The translations under genes were made by a program, and so were the position numbers. Under the pieces are notes generated by a model. It was given only the letters and a program-made list of their open reading frames with translations. It made no database searches and was not told the origin of the DNA. Positions 62,634 to 64,000 of a DNA stretch of 64,000 nucleotides are shown piece by piece (within the stretch, counting starts at the first letter, position 1; each line of letters opens with the position of its first letter). The stretch spans positions 3,077-67,076 of the forward strand of contig CAUSWE010000005.1 of the NCBI GenBank assembly GCA_963535215.1, read 5' to 3'. The DNA comes from an uncultured Granulicatella sp. (GTDB lineage Bacteria > Bacillota > Bacilli > Lactobacillales > Aerococcaceae).

Positions 62634-64000
62634 TTATTTAATCGTAATCGTTCTAACTTCCCCATGTGGATTCACTTGCATTTCTACCAGTTGTTCTTTT
62701 TGTACGAATGGCAAACGATTTTGAATCGTAGCTGGAGCACGATAAACTTTATCATCCACTAATAAATAGTAAATCGTATTTCCATTCACTACCACACCTT
62801 GAATATCTTGAACTTTACCTGTCACACTTGTTAGATGATCATCACTTTCTGTTCCCGCTTGTTCAGTCGGTGCAGATTGTTCATATTTTTGAATTAATCG
62901 ACTTACACTTGTTTCGACATATACGTTTTGATAATTTTCCACATCGATTAAAGCGTATTTTTTAATCAAACCTGAACCATCTTTTAAGGATAAAATATAC
63001 ATCGGTTTACCATTAAGGCTAATCAATAATGGGAAGGTAGCTTTATAGCCTGTTTCTTGTACACTACCTTCTGCGGAACTCATTGCTGAGAATTCTTCTG
63101 CTGCTGATACTGGATACATTTTTGCTTCTTTTGTACGAGTATTGACTAACACGAATCCAATATTCGAATTGTCTGAAGCTACCGAAGTAATTCCTGTATA
63201 TAAGTAAATATCATCATTCATCGGTAAGTAATTATACCCTTTTGTAGGAACTGTCACTCCTTTTTTAGAGAAAATCGTATTCCAAAATCCTAATTTATAT
63301 TTACCATTCATTTCTAACTGATGTAAAATTAATTCTGCACTATACACACGGTCTACCCAATTAGGAATTTCTTGTAAATTATAATGCTTACTCTCACCTG
63401 TCAGAGCATTCACTGTAATTAAACCATTCACTTCAGGCTCTCTTAAGAAAAAGTTACGACTATATGTTGAAGCAATATAATATGGTGTCCCTTCATCATC
63501 CACTTCAAAACTTGGACTACCAAACAATGTAAATGGATGATTGAAACGTAAATGACGATGAATATTACGGTTAAAATATTCTGCTTCACTATAACGAATT
63601 GGTTGATCCGGTTTCTTCACTTCTACATCCCCAGTTACCATATCTACTTGCATATAATTCGGAATTCCTTCTTGATGATTGGAGAACCATTTCCAAAATC
63701 CTGCATATTTTAATGGAGAAACACGATACGGATGATTTTGAATATTAATTTGCGTATAATCTTCCGCCACTTCAAATTGAGAAACTAAATCTGTTAACGC
63801 ACCAATTCGACGATTGCCTAATCTTGAAGCTGTATCACGATCAATTAATGGAATTTGGTTAACATCCGTTTTCGGAAAATCTGTCGCAAAGTCCGCATTT
63901 TGAACTTGAATCATTTTAGAATAAGATTCTGCAAAAAATAGTGGAGACAAAATAAAGTAACTTGCCGCAGCAATAACAACTAAAACTCCAATGATAGAAA
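62634..64000 (-). CDS. Conserved membrane-anchored hypothetical protein (5' end outside window)
   Basis: Frame is open to the window edge through a hydrophobic segment. Large extracellular domain (IPNWVDRVY, AAEEFSAMSSAEG). Confidence 0.8.
   Translation of the reverse strand, partial: SIIGVLVVIAAASYFILSPLFFAESYSKMIQVQNADFATDFPKTDVNQIPLIDRDTASRLGNRRIGALTDLVSQFEVAEDYTQINIQNHPYRVSPLKYAGFWKWFSNHQEGIPNYMQVDMVTGDVEVKKPDQPIRYSEAEYFNRNIHRHLRFNHPFTLFGSPSFEVDDEGTPYYIASTYSRNFFLREPEVNGLITVNALTGESKHYNLQEIPNWVDRVYSAELILHQLEMNGKYKLGFWNTIFSKKGVTVPTKGYNYLPMNDDIYLYTGITSVASDNSNIGFVLVNTRTKEAKMYPVSAAEEFSAMSSAEGSVQETGYKATFPLLISLNGKPMYILSLKDGSGLIKKYALIDVENYQNVYVETSVSRLIQKYEQSAPTEQAGTESDDHLTSVTGKVQDIQGVVVNGNTIYYLLVDDKVYRAPATIQNRLPFVQKEQLVEMQVNPHGEVRTITIK

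Overview
Low-GC (AT-rich) Lactobacillales chromosomal segment. Rho is present, ctsR-clpC lack mcsAB, and there are cell-wall-binding-repeat proteins, which together suggest a Granulicatella/Carnobacteriaceae-like organism (inference). Most of the window is housekeeping and nutrient uptake: a lysine-riboswitch amino-acid ABC transporter, murC, ytpR, pepA, trmB, ccrZ, ecsAB, hit, GlnR-box glnPQ, rho, murA, birA, two M3 oligopeptidases, pbp2A, an opp operon with four tandem oppA paralogs, ctsR-clpC and a 2621-aa LPXTG adhesin. There is no rRNA, tRNA, CRISPR array, transposase or integrase. Two non-coding signals stand out. (1) A dispersed, modular family of about 16 highly structured repeats (45-170 bp). 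Each full copy is a multi-stem junction with extensive compensatory changes between copies. The repeats sit directly behind stop codons, always in the same orientation relative to the upstream gene, and form arrays joined by a conserved linker. (2) At 48.75-48.98 kb, a covarying 33-nt tandem repeat is followed by a terminator, an RBS and a truncated ORF, which is the layout of a type III (RNA antitoxin) toxin-antitoxin locus.
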